Of a stretch of DNA of 64,000 nucleotides, positions 1 through 11,143 are shown piece by piece. The notes below the pieces were generated by a model that was not told where the DNA came from, did not search any database, and saw only the letters and a program-made list of their open reading frames with translations. Each line of letters opens with the position of its first letter. Position 1 is the stretch's first letter. The stretch covers positions 8,484,998-8,548,997 of the forward strand of contig NC_092374.1 in assembly GCF_030028105.1 (NCBI RefSeq). Direction: 5' to 3'. The position numbers were made by a program, and so were the translations under genes. The stretch comes from Mobula birostris. Lineage: Eukaryota.

Positions 1-3
1 AGG

Positions 4-4
<1 letters not shown>

Positions 5-52
<48 letters not shown>
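5..52. repeat. (GA)n microsatellite
   Basis: Uninterrupted GA dinucleotide run at the window start. Confidence 0.97.
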
Positions 53-53
<1 letters not shown>

Positions 54-311
54 AGGAAAACATTTTCACTTGGAGAGTTTATGAGTGTTTTGGAATTTTC
101 TTCCTCAAAAGGATAGTGGATGCAAAGACTGTGAGTCATTTTTCTGGCAGAGACAGAAGAATTCTTGATAGAGAGGATGTTGAAAGGCCACCAGGAGGTA
201 GACAAAAATACAAAGTCAAGGTCACAATGACCAAACTGACCATGATCTTATACATATACTCCTTTATGTGTTTGGGTGACAGAATGTATGTATTTATGTA
301 GGTCATTTTTT

Positions 312-570
312 ATTTATTAGACATACAATGCAGCACAGGCCCTTCTGGCCTGCTGAGCCACACCACCCAGCAATCCCCGATATAACCTTAGCCTAATCCC
401 GGGACATTTACAAAGACCAAGTAACCTACTAATTGGTATGTAGTGTATGTCTTTAGTTTGTGCACGGAATCTGGAGCACCCGGAGGGAACGCACATGGGG
501 AGAATTCTAGCGACGCTGGAATTGAACTCCAAACTCTGGAACAGCCTGAACTGCAATAGTGTTGCTCTAA
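312..570 (-). mobile_element. tRNA-derived elasmobranch-type SINE (HE1-like), decayed
   Basis: Reverse complement of the recurrent SINE body (ggtttcctccgggtgctccgg...gaagggcctgt) seen many times in this window; boundaries approximate. Confidence 0.7.
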
Positions 571-810
571 CCGCTACACCATTCCTCTATTTCTCATTTG
601 ATGCTTTATTTTCTCTATTAAAGGTACCAGGTACGCACTCTGTTAAAGTGAATTGCCACCAAAACTTCCCAGCACCGTCTGTGGGCCTGACCTTGGTGAC
701 CACCCACCCACAGCTGTCTGAACATGGGGGGGATCTGTCTCATTCACTGTCCAGATTCCATGTCCGGGCAGCCAGATCCCAGTGCTAAGGGGAATCCTCT
801 GAAGAAGCAA

Positions 811-1400
811 CTGAGACACCTTTGACAGCTGACACGTTGGGGTTGGGGAGAACAGCACCTTTTGACAGCTGGCAAAGCGGGAAATGGGGGAGAGCAGCAC
901 CTGAGATGTCCTTGACACTTTTGACAGCTGGCAAAGCGGGAAATGGGGAGAACAGCACCGGACATCTTTGATAGCGGGCAGAGCAGGGGATGGGCAGGAA
1001 ATACCTGAGACATCCTTGACATGTTTGACAGCTGACAAAGCAGGGAATGGGAAGAACAGCACCTCAGATATCCTTGACACCTTTGACAGCTGGCACAGTG
1101 GGGGATGGCGAGGACGGCACCGGAAATCTTTGACAGCTGGCAGAGCAGGGGATGGGCAGGAAATACCTGAGACATATCTGACATGTTTAACAGCTGGAAA
1201 AACAGGCGATTGGGAGGACAGCACCAGAGACATCTTTGACATGTTTGACAGCTGACAAATCAGGGTATAAGGACGACAGCACCTGGGACATCTTTGACGT
1301 GTCTGACAGCTGGCAAAACAGGGGATGGGAAGGACAGCACCGGAGGCATCCTTGACATGTTTGACAGCTGACAGCAGGGTATGGGTCGGACAGTCAGCTG
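811..1400. repeat. Degenerate minisatellite, 11 units of about 40-59 bp, anchored on TTTGACAGCTG
   Basis: Unit starts at about 821, 861, 920, 967, 1024, 1082, 1129, 1186, 1244, 1302 and 1360. Confidence 0.92.
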
Positions 1401-2194
1401 TAAAACCTATCAGTGATTTTAATGAGGTTTCTGACATTTGGGAAATATTTAACAACAATTAGTAGTGAAACACAGGCCCTTCAGCCCAACCATGGTGCCC
1501 ACCCAGCTAGTCCCAATTTCCTGCATTTAACCCATATCCCCTTAAGCCTGGTCTCTCCATGTACCTGTTTTTAAATGATATTATTGTACCTGTCTCAACC
1601 AAATGCTCTGGCAGCTCGTTCCACACACTCACCACCCTCTGCATGGAAGGAACCCACCTCCCAAGGCCCTTTTAAAACTTTCCCCTCTCACCCTATATCA
1701 ATGTACGCTGGTTTTTGTCTCCCCTACCCTGTTCCCATTAACCTTCTCTATCACTCACAATTTTAAACATGAGTCATCCCTCATTCTCCTACGTTCCAAG
1801 GAATAAAGACCCAGCCTGGGCAACTTCTCCCTAGAGCCCAGTCCTGGCGACACTGCTGTAAATCTTTCCTGCACTCTTTCCAGTTTGACAGCATCTTTAC
1901 CCGACAACCATCAGGCTCCTGAACCAGCCTGGGTAACTTCACTCACCTCAACACCGGAATTATTCCACAACCTATGGACTCACTTTCAAGTCAATGCAAC
2001 TGATATCCTCAATATTATTTATTTACTTTTCTTTTGTATTTGCACTTTTTTTATTGCACATTGGTTCTTTCTTCAACCTTTGTGTGTAGTTTTTCATTGA
2101 TTCTGTTGTATTTGTTTGTTCTACTGTGAATGCCCACAAAAATATCAATCTGACGGTCGTATACTGTGACGTGTAAGTGTCTATTTATTTTACA

Positions 2195-2420
2195 TTTTTA
2201 TAATTAGAGATACAGCAGGGTAACAGGCCCTTCCATCCCAATGAGTCATGTGACCAATTAACCTACTAAAACACAAGTCCTTCAAACGTGGAAGGAAACG
2301 GGATCACCCAGAGAAAACCCATGAGTTCACAGGGAGAAGATACAAACTCCTTACAGACTGCAGCGGGAATCGAACCCGGGTCACTGGCACTTCAATAGTG
2401 TCACGCTACCACACCGCCCC
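2195..2420 (-). mobile_element. HE1-like SINE
   Basis: Same SINE family in reverse orientation, with tRNA-like head (gggaatcgaacccgggtc...cacgctaccac). Confidence 0.7.
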
Positions 2421-2777
2421 TGAACTATTTAGTAATGCGCCATACTTTGGTGATAAATTTACTTTGACCTGTAAGAGGGTGACCAAAGCTGTACACAGTC
2501 CTCCAGGTACACCCTTTAACCTGACTCTGCCAGGTGAGGGTTTAATCACGCCAACACCGCAGACCAGCCAACGTGCATTTCCGTCCTGCTCTTCCCATGT
2601 CTAACAGGTTGTCTCAGCCTGTGGCCAACCCAGGAATCAACTGCATGTGAAACAGTGGGCAGCACTGCAACCCTCTGCCACGTTACAAGACTGGCAAATA
2701 TCTCCAGTCACAGAACTTGCCCGCTACTCAAGAGCAATGCCAACCACCAGCACAGGGGACCACTCAAAGCCACCTAC

Positions 2778-2996
2778 CTTGAACACCTCAGAGAAGAATC
2801 CCGATCCGATCTTCTCGCAGTAGAAGTCGTCAATCCTGGCCAGGGTGGAGACGGCACTACGGAGGGCCCTGTACGACGAGGGGCGGAGGCAATTGCACCC
2901 GGACATCGAGCCCGACGCGGGAGCTGAGTGAGGTCCACAGTCAGGTACCAGGACGTCACTGGACAAGTCCAATCGGAGGGCTGGCTCCCGCGACAT
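2778..2996 (-). CDS. TESK1: First coding exon of a testis-specific kinase (TESK family, TESK1-type); the rest of the gene lies left of the window
   Basis: Translation [10 protein letters not shown]...[36 protein letters not shown] matches the TESK N-terminus plus kinase Gly-loop (IGSGFFSEV). [14 protein letters not shown] is TESK1-like and the conserved TESK2 start MDRSKRNSIAG is absent. Phase-0 donor AAG|GTAGGT at 2778/2777; candidate acceptor (pyrimidine tract + CAG) at about 3062. Confidence 0.88.
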
Positions 2997-3689
2997 TTTC
3001 CGCAAAGGTGAACCCCCTCCCACCCAAACTCAATCCAACCACAATTTACATCTTCCTCTGGCTGTCGACAGGGTGGTGGGAGGGAAAAGGGGCGTTCCCA
3101 TAAGCTTAGAGAAGAGTCTTCACACCATCAAGCCAGAGATTAGATCCACTCTGGGCATCCTCCGTATCAGCAGGGCCATTCACAGGCGACAGAAGACAGG
3201 CAGCAGATAATTATCCAGGACTGGCCTGGATTGGTTTGCAAATCATTTAGTTACCCAATAACAGATAATAATCCATCAGTCAATCAACAATCCGCCACTG
3301 GTTAATTGATAATCCAATTCTGATCAATCTGTGGCCCAGCAATGGTTCATCAATAATCCAATATTGATAAATCAGTAAAACGATGGTCCATTCATCAATA
3401 ACCTGGTCGTGATCAATACATAATCCAATAATGGTGAATTGGTAAGATTGTATCAAGTGAAAGTCCAGTCAATCTTCAAGCCCTCAAACTGAAGAGCAGT
3501 AGATGTCCTGAACTTGGATCAATAAACACCTCTCACCAGGGAGAAGGCCAAGAGTGTTCACTGTCCATGGACTCGCATCCTCTGGACACAGTCTGGGCAA
3601 CGCAAAGCAATGCTGGCGCCCGGGACTGGCACTGTTAGGGAAGGACCCCGCCCTTCAACGTGGTAGAGAAACAGAGCGATCAAAACAGA

Positions 3690-4385
3690 CTCCGGGTCCA
3701 ACCCAGTCCCCCGCTCGGGTCCCAATACCACTCAGCCTACTCCTGATTTTATTCTGGATTAAACTGCTCCTGGTCTGATCCCGCCCTGCCTGCTCCTGAC
3801 TCCTGGTTTTCTCAGCTGCCTTCCGATTTGATCCTGGTCCACCTGCTCCTAACTCCTGGTCTGATCCGGGTTTAACTGCTCCTGGTTTGATCCCAAATTA
3901 ACTGTTCCCTATTCCTAGCCCGAACCGAGTGTCCTCTGCCGGCTCATGGTCTGATCTCAATCTATCCCATCATGATTCCTGGTCTGATCCTTGTTTAACT
4001 GCTCCCCGTTCCTGACTGTCTCCTCCTTATTCCCTATGTAATCCCAGTCTATCTGCTCCTGGTCTGATCCCAGTTTCCCCTACTGGCTCTTGATCCATTC
4101 CCGGTGTATGTTCCTGATCCGATCTCGGTCTGTCTCCTCTGTTCCTGCTCTAATTCCAGTTTATTTACTCCTGTTCTGATCCCAGTTTCCCCTGATCCCG
4201 GTCTATCCAGTCCTGGTCTGATCCAGGTCTGTCGGCTCCCGATCTGATCCCGGTCTTATTCCTGGCCTGATCCCGGTTTAACTGCTCCCGGCTCCCGGTC
4301 CGATTCCGGTTTATCCGCCCGGGCTCTGCCGCCAGTATCTCCGCAGCCCGCTCTTGCTCCAGCTCCAGCTCCAGCTCCGGACGGG
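3690..4385. repeat. Degenerate pyrimidine-rich, GATC-rich tandem repeat (core ctcctggtctgatcc)
   Basis: Recurrent tgatcc / ctgctcc / ttaactg motifs, ending in (gctcca)n. Confidence 0.7.
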
Positions 4386-4875
4386 TCAGGCCTCCCGCTG
4401 TCGTCCCCACCCTCTCCTCCCGGGCTCCGCCTGCAGCGCCACCCGCTCTCGGGATCACGGAGCTGCCGCCCTGCGCACGCCGAAGGGCTCCCGTTCCTTA
4501 TGTGGAGCGGCGAGGGCGGAGAGGCTGCAGCGGGGCGGCGCTCCTGTCTCCGCCCGCCCCGCCGCCGCCCGCAGGCACCGGGCGCCGCCTGGGGGTCGCT
4601 GCTGAGCCCAGCAGCTTGTTACCTCTCACCCCCCCGCCCGTCAGGACAAAGCCAAGTCAGTGAGGGGCGCAGGCTCTCTCCCCCATCGGGGATCTGCTCC
4701 TTTCCTGTGCCGGGTTCCCGCTCGGTCGGCTGCAGCACCGTCCGCCGAGAGACCGAACAGAGGACCGTATCACCGAGAGAACTACCGGGGTCCCCTTCTC
4801 CCCTATCTGTGACATTCACCGGGAGCTTGCCGATGCATTGTTGGGGATCCCGACCGCTGGTCCCACCATCTCTCT
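4290..4875. promoter_or_regulatory. CpG island, probable TESK1 promoter / non-coding first exon
   Basis: Very GC- and CpG-rich with GC boxes (ccgccc) and lying upstream of the TESK1 coding exon. Minus-strand donor-like motifs G|GTGAGA and AG|GTAACA at about 4619-4630. Confidence 0.75.
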
Positions 4876-5178
4876 GACCCGCTGCCGTCAGGAAGGAGGT
4901 ACAGGAGCATCAGGGCTGTCAGACTGGGTAACAGCTTCTTCCCCCGGGCCGTGAGACTAATGCCAACACCGAGGTCTCCTTACCGGGACAGCGAGCGGTT
5001 CACTGTCCTGTTTACCTGTGCTGCACATTACATGCTTTTTTTGAATTATGTTTTACTAACTTATTTGTGGTGATATTTTGCTTTGTGTGCTCTGTGTGAT
5101 ATTATGTATTGTGGGTGCACCCTGGTCTGGAGGTAGGTACAGTGTTTCGTTTGGTTGCAAATATGTGCTGTCAGGTGA

Positions 5179-5750
5179 TGATAAACTTGGCAGGATCTCC
5201 CAGTGGCCACAGATTTTAATTCCACATCCCATTCCCATTCTGACATGTCTGTCCACAGCCTCCTCTACTGTCAAGATGAAGCCACACCCAGGTTGGAGGA
5301 ACAACACCTTATATTCCGTCTGGGTAGCCTCCAACCTGATGGAATTAACTTCCGCTAATGCCGCACCTCCCCCTCGTACCCCATCCGTTATTTATTTATA
5401 TACACACATTCTTTCTCTCTCTCTCCTTTTTCTCCCTCTGTCCCTCTCACTATACCCCTTGCCCATCGTCTGGGCTCCCCCCCCCTTTTCTTTCTCCCCA
5501 GGCCTCCTGTCCCATGATCCTCTCATATCCCTTTTGCCAATCACCTGTCCAGCTCTTGGCTCCATCCCTCCCCCTCCTGTCTTCTCCTATCATTTCAGAT
5601 CTTCCCTCCCCTCCCACTTTCAAATCTCTCACTAGCTCTTCCTTCAGTTAGTCCTGACGAAGGGTCTCGGCCCGAAACGTTGACTGTACCTCTTCCTAGA
5701 GATGCTGCCTGGCCTGCTGCGTTCACCAGCAACTTTGATGTGTGCTGCAA
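5179..5750 (+). mobile_element. Penelope-like element 3' remnant (GIY-YIG endonuclease C-terminus plus pseudo-LTR)
   Basis: Hand translation PVATDFNSTSHSHSDMSVHSLLYCQDEATPRLEEQHLIFRLGSLQPDGIN resembles the PLE GIY-YIG C-terminus; followed by a pyrimidine-rich tract and a hammerhead-like motif. Confidence 0.8.
5649..5686 (+). ncRNA. Minimal hammerhead ribozyme-like motif (PLE type, palindromic stem III)
   Basis: UAGUC-CUGACGA-A-GGG(UCUCGG)CCC-GAAA-CGUU-GACUG: core CUGANGA...GAAA, stem I UAGUC/GACUG, stem II GGG/CCC. Activity untested. Confidence 0.65.
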
Positions 5751-6145
5751 CAATAAACTTGAACTTGAATTTGTGGCGCTACGTCAATGCAGCTCATCCC
5801 CCTGGGCCTGTGGGGGTGGGGGGAGACCCACAGTGATAACCGTCCCTGCACCCCTTCAGGACATTAACCGGTTTGCTGATTGTCATACATTGGTGCTCAG
5901 AGAGCCATAACAGGCCACTTGGCTCATCACATCCAGTTGCAACCCATCCCTATTAATCCCGTCTTCCTGCACACGGCCTCAGGCCTCTGTAATGAGGCTT
6001 TAATCTATAAATCCATTCAGGGGCATAAACAAGGTGAATACACAACTGTCTTATTCCCAGGGAAAGGGAGCTAAAATTTAATAAATTAATTTATTAGCTC
6101 AGGAATTAAAGTACATTTATTATTGATGTATGTATACGGTGCCCT

Positions 6146-7310
6146 CTAAGAGGACCACAACCTTGTCATTGGGCTCAGAGGTCTGTGTGCCTCAATGACC
6201 CAGAAAGCTATGTTGGCTGGAGTCAGGGATTTATGCTTTGGCTCTTGGTAGGGTCACCCATGTCAAACAGGTCAAAGGGTAGAGGTCAGATGAAGAGTGT
6301 CCACCAGTCCTCCAGGTTCGGGGGATCAGCTCAGGGCTAACAACCCCGACTGGTCAAACAAGATAGTTATGAAAAAAAAGCAATGAATATTCATAGAAAC
6401 ATAGAAAATAGGTGCAGGAGTAGGCCATTCGGCCCTTCGAGCCTGCACCGTCATTCAGTATGATCATGGCTGATCATCCAACTCAGAACCCTGTACCAGC
6501 CTTCCCTCCATACCCCTTGATCCCTTTAGCCACAAGGGCCATATCCAACTCCCTCTTAAATATAGCCAATGAACTGGCCTCAACTGTTTCCTGTGGCAGA
6601 GAATTCCACAGATTCACCACTCTCTGTGTGAAGAAGTTTTTCCTCATCTCGGTCCTAAAAGGCTTCCCCTTTATCCTCAAACTGTGACCCCTCGTTCTGG
6701 ACTTCCCCAACATCGGGAACAATCTTCCTGCATCTAGCCTGTCCAATCCCTTTAGGATTTTATACATTTCAATAAGATCCCCCGATAATCTTCTAAATTC
6801 CAGAGAGTATAAGCCTAGTCAATCCAGTCTTTCCTCATATGAAAGTCCTGCTATTCCAGGAGTCAATCTGGTGAACTTTCTTTGTACTCCCTCTATGGCA
6901 AGAATGTCTTTCCTCAGATTAGAGGACCAAAACTGCACACAACTCTCCAGATGTGGTCTCACCAAGGCCTTGTACAACTGCAGTAGTACCTCCCTGCTCC
7001 TGTATTCGAATCCTCTCGCTATAAATGCCAGCATACCATTCGCCTTTTTCACCGCTTGCTGTACCTGCATGCCCACTTTCAATGACTGGTGTATAATGAC
7101 ACCCAGGTCTCGTTGCACCTCCCCTTTTCCTAATCGGACTCCATTCAGATTCCTTCTACATCTGTGTGTAATGGTATACCTGAGCCTCCACCTGGGACTT
7201 GCATGACTGACAGTAGTGAAAACTGAGAGGGAGCAACTGATATGATGAAGGAAGCTGTGAACAACGTCAGAGATGGAGGGCCTCCATCGCTGCCCGAAAC
7301 ATCTGCAGTG
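6146..7310 (+). mobile_element. Short non-autonomous RTE-derived element split by a CR1 insertion (parts about 6146-6385 and 7150-7310)
   Basis: The two parts join to match the uninterrupted copy at 28945-29390. Confidence 0.7.
6394..7148 (-). mobile_element. CR1 LINE 3' fragment
   Basis: Minus-strand ORFs with LYKALVRPHLESCVQFW and RTRGHSLRIKG...FFTQRVVNLWNSLP, the typical CR1 ORF2 C-terminus. Confidence 0.9.
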
Positions 7311-7959
7311 TAACAGGCAGTAAGTAAGAATGTATACAGTATACAACCTCGAGATTATATTCCTGCAGGCAGCCACTGAAACAAAGAAACACCATACAAC
7401 CCATTTAAAGACCACCTGAAACGTCTGTCCACACAACTTGACCATCAGACGAGTAAACAAATCGTGCCAACAGCACAAAGTGAACAAATAAGACAAAAAA
7501 AAATTAAACGTCAAACTGTGGAGTCCCCAAAAGTAGGTCGACAGCCACCAGCCGCCGAGGTGAGTGAGGCCAGTACAGGAGCCACGGCCGCGCCACACCA
7601 CGACCACAAATTGAAACCGGAATGAGTTTTGACATTGTCACATTTACGAGGTGCAGTGAAAAACTCGTCTTGGATTGGAGAGGTTTAAAAGGGACCCGAG
7701 GGGCAACTTCTTCACACAGAAGATGGTTAGTAAATGGAAAGAGCAGCCAGAGAAAGTCTTTGAGGCAGGTACATCAACGATGTTTAAAAAGACATTAGAT
7801 GAAGAGATAGAAGGGTTTCAGAGGAACATGAATGCAGCCAATTGGGGCCATCTTGGGTGTGCACCATGGTCACAGACAGTACAGCGCTGTCACAGGCCCT
7901 TCAGCAAATGATGTTGTGCCAAACTAATTAAGACAGAATTACATGCCTAACTTTGTAAA

Positions 7960-8410
7960 AAAAAATTCAAGAATGATGCCGGGACTTGAGTTTTAGAGAA
8001 AGGTTAAATATGTTATTCCCTGGAGAGCAGGAGATTGAGGAGAGATTTGATAGAGGCACACAAAATTATGACGGATATAGATAGGGTAAATGCAGGGAGG
8101 CTTTTTCCACTGGCATTGGGTGAGACGAGATCTAGAGGTCATAGTTTAGGGTGAAATGTAAAATATTTAAGGGGAGCCTCAAGGGGAATCTGCTTCACTC
8201 AGAGAGTAGTGTGTGGAATGAGCTGCCAGAGGAAGTGGTGGAGGCAAATTCAATTGGAAAATTTAAGAGAAGTTTGGATAAGTACAAGGATGAGAGGGGT
8301 TTGGTGGGGATAGTCTGGGTGCAGGTTGAAAAGACTAGGCAGAAAACTGGGTCAACATGGACTAGATGGGCCAAAGGGCTGGGTTTCCCTGTTGTAGTAC
8401 TCTATGGACT
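7960..8410 (+). mobile_element. CR1 LINE 3' fragment, decayed
   Basis: VWNELPEEVVEANSIGKFKRSLDKY motif. Confidence 0.8.
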
Positions 8411-8514
8411 AAGCCAGCAGCTTCTGCCTACATGATGTCCATACCCCTCAATTCTCTGCTTCCTTATGTGCATCTCTCAAAGCCTTTTAAACAACTCTGT
8501 TGAATTTGACTAGA

Positions 8515-9160
8515 GAGTATATTGGCCGGCTGCATCACAGCCTGGGATGGAAACACCGATGCCCTTGAGCAGAAGATCTTACAAAAAGTATTGGATACAG
8601 CCCAGTCCATCACAGGTAAAGCCCTCCCCACCATTGAGCACATAACATGGAGCACAGTCTTGGAAAGCACCATCCATCATCTAGAACGTCTACCATCCAG
8701 GCCATGCTCTCTTCCTGTCGCTTCCATCAGGAAGGAGGTACAGGAGCCTCAGGACCCACACCACCAGGTTCAGGAACCATTATTACCCCTCAACCATCAG
8801 GCAGGAGGTACAGGAGACTCAGGACACACACCGCCAGGTTCAGGAGCAGTTATTACCCTTCAACCATCAGGCTCCTGAACCAGAGGGGATAACTTCACTC
8901 ACCCCATCGCCGAACTGTTCCCACAACCTATGGACTCACTTTCAAGGGCTCCATTTCATGTTTATTTGTTATTTATTTACCTATGTATTTATTTGTTTGT
9001 TTGTTTTCTCTGTTTTTGTATTTGCAGTTTGTTGTCTTTTGCACGGTGTTTGTCCATCCTCTTGGTTCTTGGACTTATTGAGTATGTCCTCAAGCAGACA
9101 AATCTCGGTGATGTGTATGTGACGTATATGTCCTTTGATAACAAGTTTACTTTGAACTTT
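8515..9160 (+). mobile_element. Rex1/Babar- or L2-type LINE 3' fragment with an internal 70-bp duplication
   Basis: C-terminal ...HPGHALFSLLPSGRRYRSLRTHTTRFRNSYYPSTIRLLN-type motif; ccatcagg at 8724, 8794 and 8864. Confidence 0.75.
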
Positions 9161-9904
9161 GCCAATCTGACAGCCTTTAAAGCTCCCTTATTGTATAAGT
9201 CTCCTTTCTTGTATTCACCAATCATGGCAGATGGAGCCTGGAGTCTGTCTCCATGCAGTATAACTCAACAAATATACTTCCACCCTCTCTCTGACTACCT
9301 ATTCCAGGAACTCATCAATTCCTGGGTGAAGAAAGTCCCTTCTGGATTCCCTCTAAATCTGTCTGCGTGTCCGAATCTAAGTCTGCTGGAGGCCAGAGGC
9401 CGAAGACAGCCTGTCTTGGGGTTGTCGTGGACAGGCCTTGTTTTGCTGCTGTGGTTTTGTTGCTCGTTGTGATCTGCATTCTTCTGCCGAGCATCATGGG
9501 CATGCCATGTCGCAGCTGCAAACGTATGGCGATACTTGTGGGCTGCCCCCAGCCCTTGGGTGTGTCGGTTGTTCACAGAAACCACACGTCTCACTGTATG
9601 TTTCGGTGTACATGCGATAATTAAATTTGAATATCGAATACCTTCCCCCATACCTTGAATCTTTGTCCGGTGGGGAGAATCAGGATGAGATTCTGGGTTA
9701 GCATCGCTGAAGGTAACAATGAGAAGAGGGTGATTGGGGTCCTTAATGAAGGGTGCTGCCTTTTCGAGGTGTCCTTGATGCTGGAAACGCCAGTCGGAGC
9801 AGTCCCTGCAGTCTATCACCCAACGTTTTGCATTCCTCAGACATGTCCCCTTTGACCCTCCTCTGCTTCACGGAGAACAGACACAGCCTCTCCAAACTTC
9901 TAAG

Positions 9905-10480
9905 TTCAAGGTAAATTTATCAAAGTACACGTGTATATGTTACCATATACGAGCCTGAGATTCATTTTCTTGCAGGCATTCACAAAGAAATACGCTGGAA
10001 TCAATAAGAACTGCACACAACAAAGATGACAAGAACAATGTGCAAAAGACAACAGACTGCAAAACAATAAATAAATAGATAAATAAATAAATAAGCAGTA
10101 AATATTGAGAACATGAGATGGAGCCCTTGAAAGTGAGTCCATAGGTTGTGGGAACAGGTCGGTGATGGGGTGAGTGAAGTTATCCTCTCTGGTTCAGGAG
10201 CCTGATGGTTGAGGGGTAATAACTGTTCCTGAACCTGGTGGTGTGGGTCCTGAGGCTCCTGTACCTCCTGCCTGATGGTTGAGGGGTAATAACTGTTCCT
10301 GAACCTGGTGGTGTGGATCCTGAGGCTCCTGTACCATGTGCCTGATGGTTGAGGGGTAATAACTGTTCCTGAACCTGGTGGTGTGGGTCCTGAGGCTCCT
10401 GTATCTCCTTCCTGAAGGCAGCAGTGAGAAGAGAGCATGGCCTGGATGGTGGGGGTCCTTAATGATGCTCTCCTGCAACA
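9905..10480 (-). mobile_element. Same LINE family 3' fragment with an internal 70-bp triplication
   Basis: SIIKDPHHPGHALFSLLPSGRRYRSLRTHTTRFRNSYYPSTIR; cctgatggtt at 10201, 10271 and 10341. Confidence 0.75.
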
Positions 10481-10894
10481 GTGCTCCTTGTCAATGTGCT
10501 CAATGGAGGCATGACTGAACCACCCCAAGAAAAAAGACGGGTGAAAAAATCAGTCTGCTGGAGGGCAGGCTGTAGCAGAAAATGGACAGTCAACGTTTTG
10601 AGTCGATATCTTTCATCTGGACTGATCTTGACCTGGAAGGTAACGCAGTCATTCGACCCTCCCCCTTCCACTCACCCTTCCACAGATGCTGCCTGACCTC
10701 CTGAGTTTTTCACCCTGATTCCAGCCTGTGCAGTCCCTTCTGTCAACTTGCTGGTGAGTCTCCTCTGCACCCTCTCCAATACTATCACATCAAGTTATGT
10801 TCACTTGCTTCCAGCAGCGTCACAGGCATAGATGTACAAACACACGGAGACCTACATTACATGTATAAATTAGAGAAGACCGTGAAGAAAAGGA

Positions 10895-11125
10895 CTGCAT
10901 AATAAGACAGTTAGCCTAACGCTTTACAGTGCCAGTGACCCAGGTTCAATTCCTGCCGCTGACTGTAAGGAATTTATATGCTCTCCCCGTCACCGCACAG
11001 GTTCCTCCCAGATGCTCCGGTTTCCTCTCACAAAGACGTACGGGGTAGTAGGCTAATTGGTCATGTGGGTGTAGCTGGGCAGCGCAGGCTCGATGGGCTG
11101 GAGGGGCCTGTTACCATGCCGTACA
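10895..11125 (+). mobile_element. HE1-like SINE
   Basis: gacccaggttcaattcctgccgctgactgtaagg... family body. Confidence 0.7.
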
Positions 11126-11143
11126 TTTTTATTTTGTTCTTTA

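Noticed and set aside
643-1458. 271-aa minus-strand ORF with CQLSK repeats, sense to TESK1
   Set aside because: It is the translation of a stop-free minisatellite; no splice signals or similarity to TESK1 kinase sequence.
4165-4877. GC-rich ORFs in the CpG island
   Set aside because: Low-complexity frames expected in GC-rich DNA; no recognisable domain.
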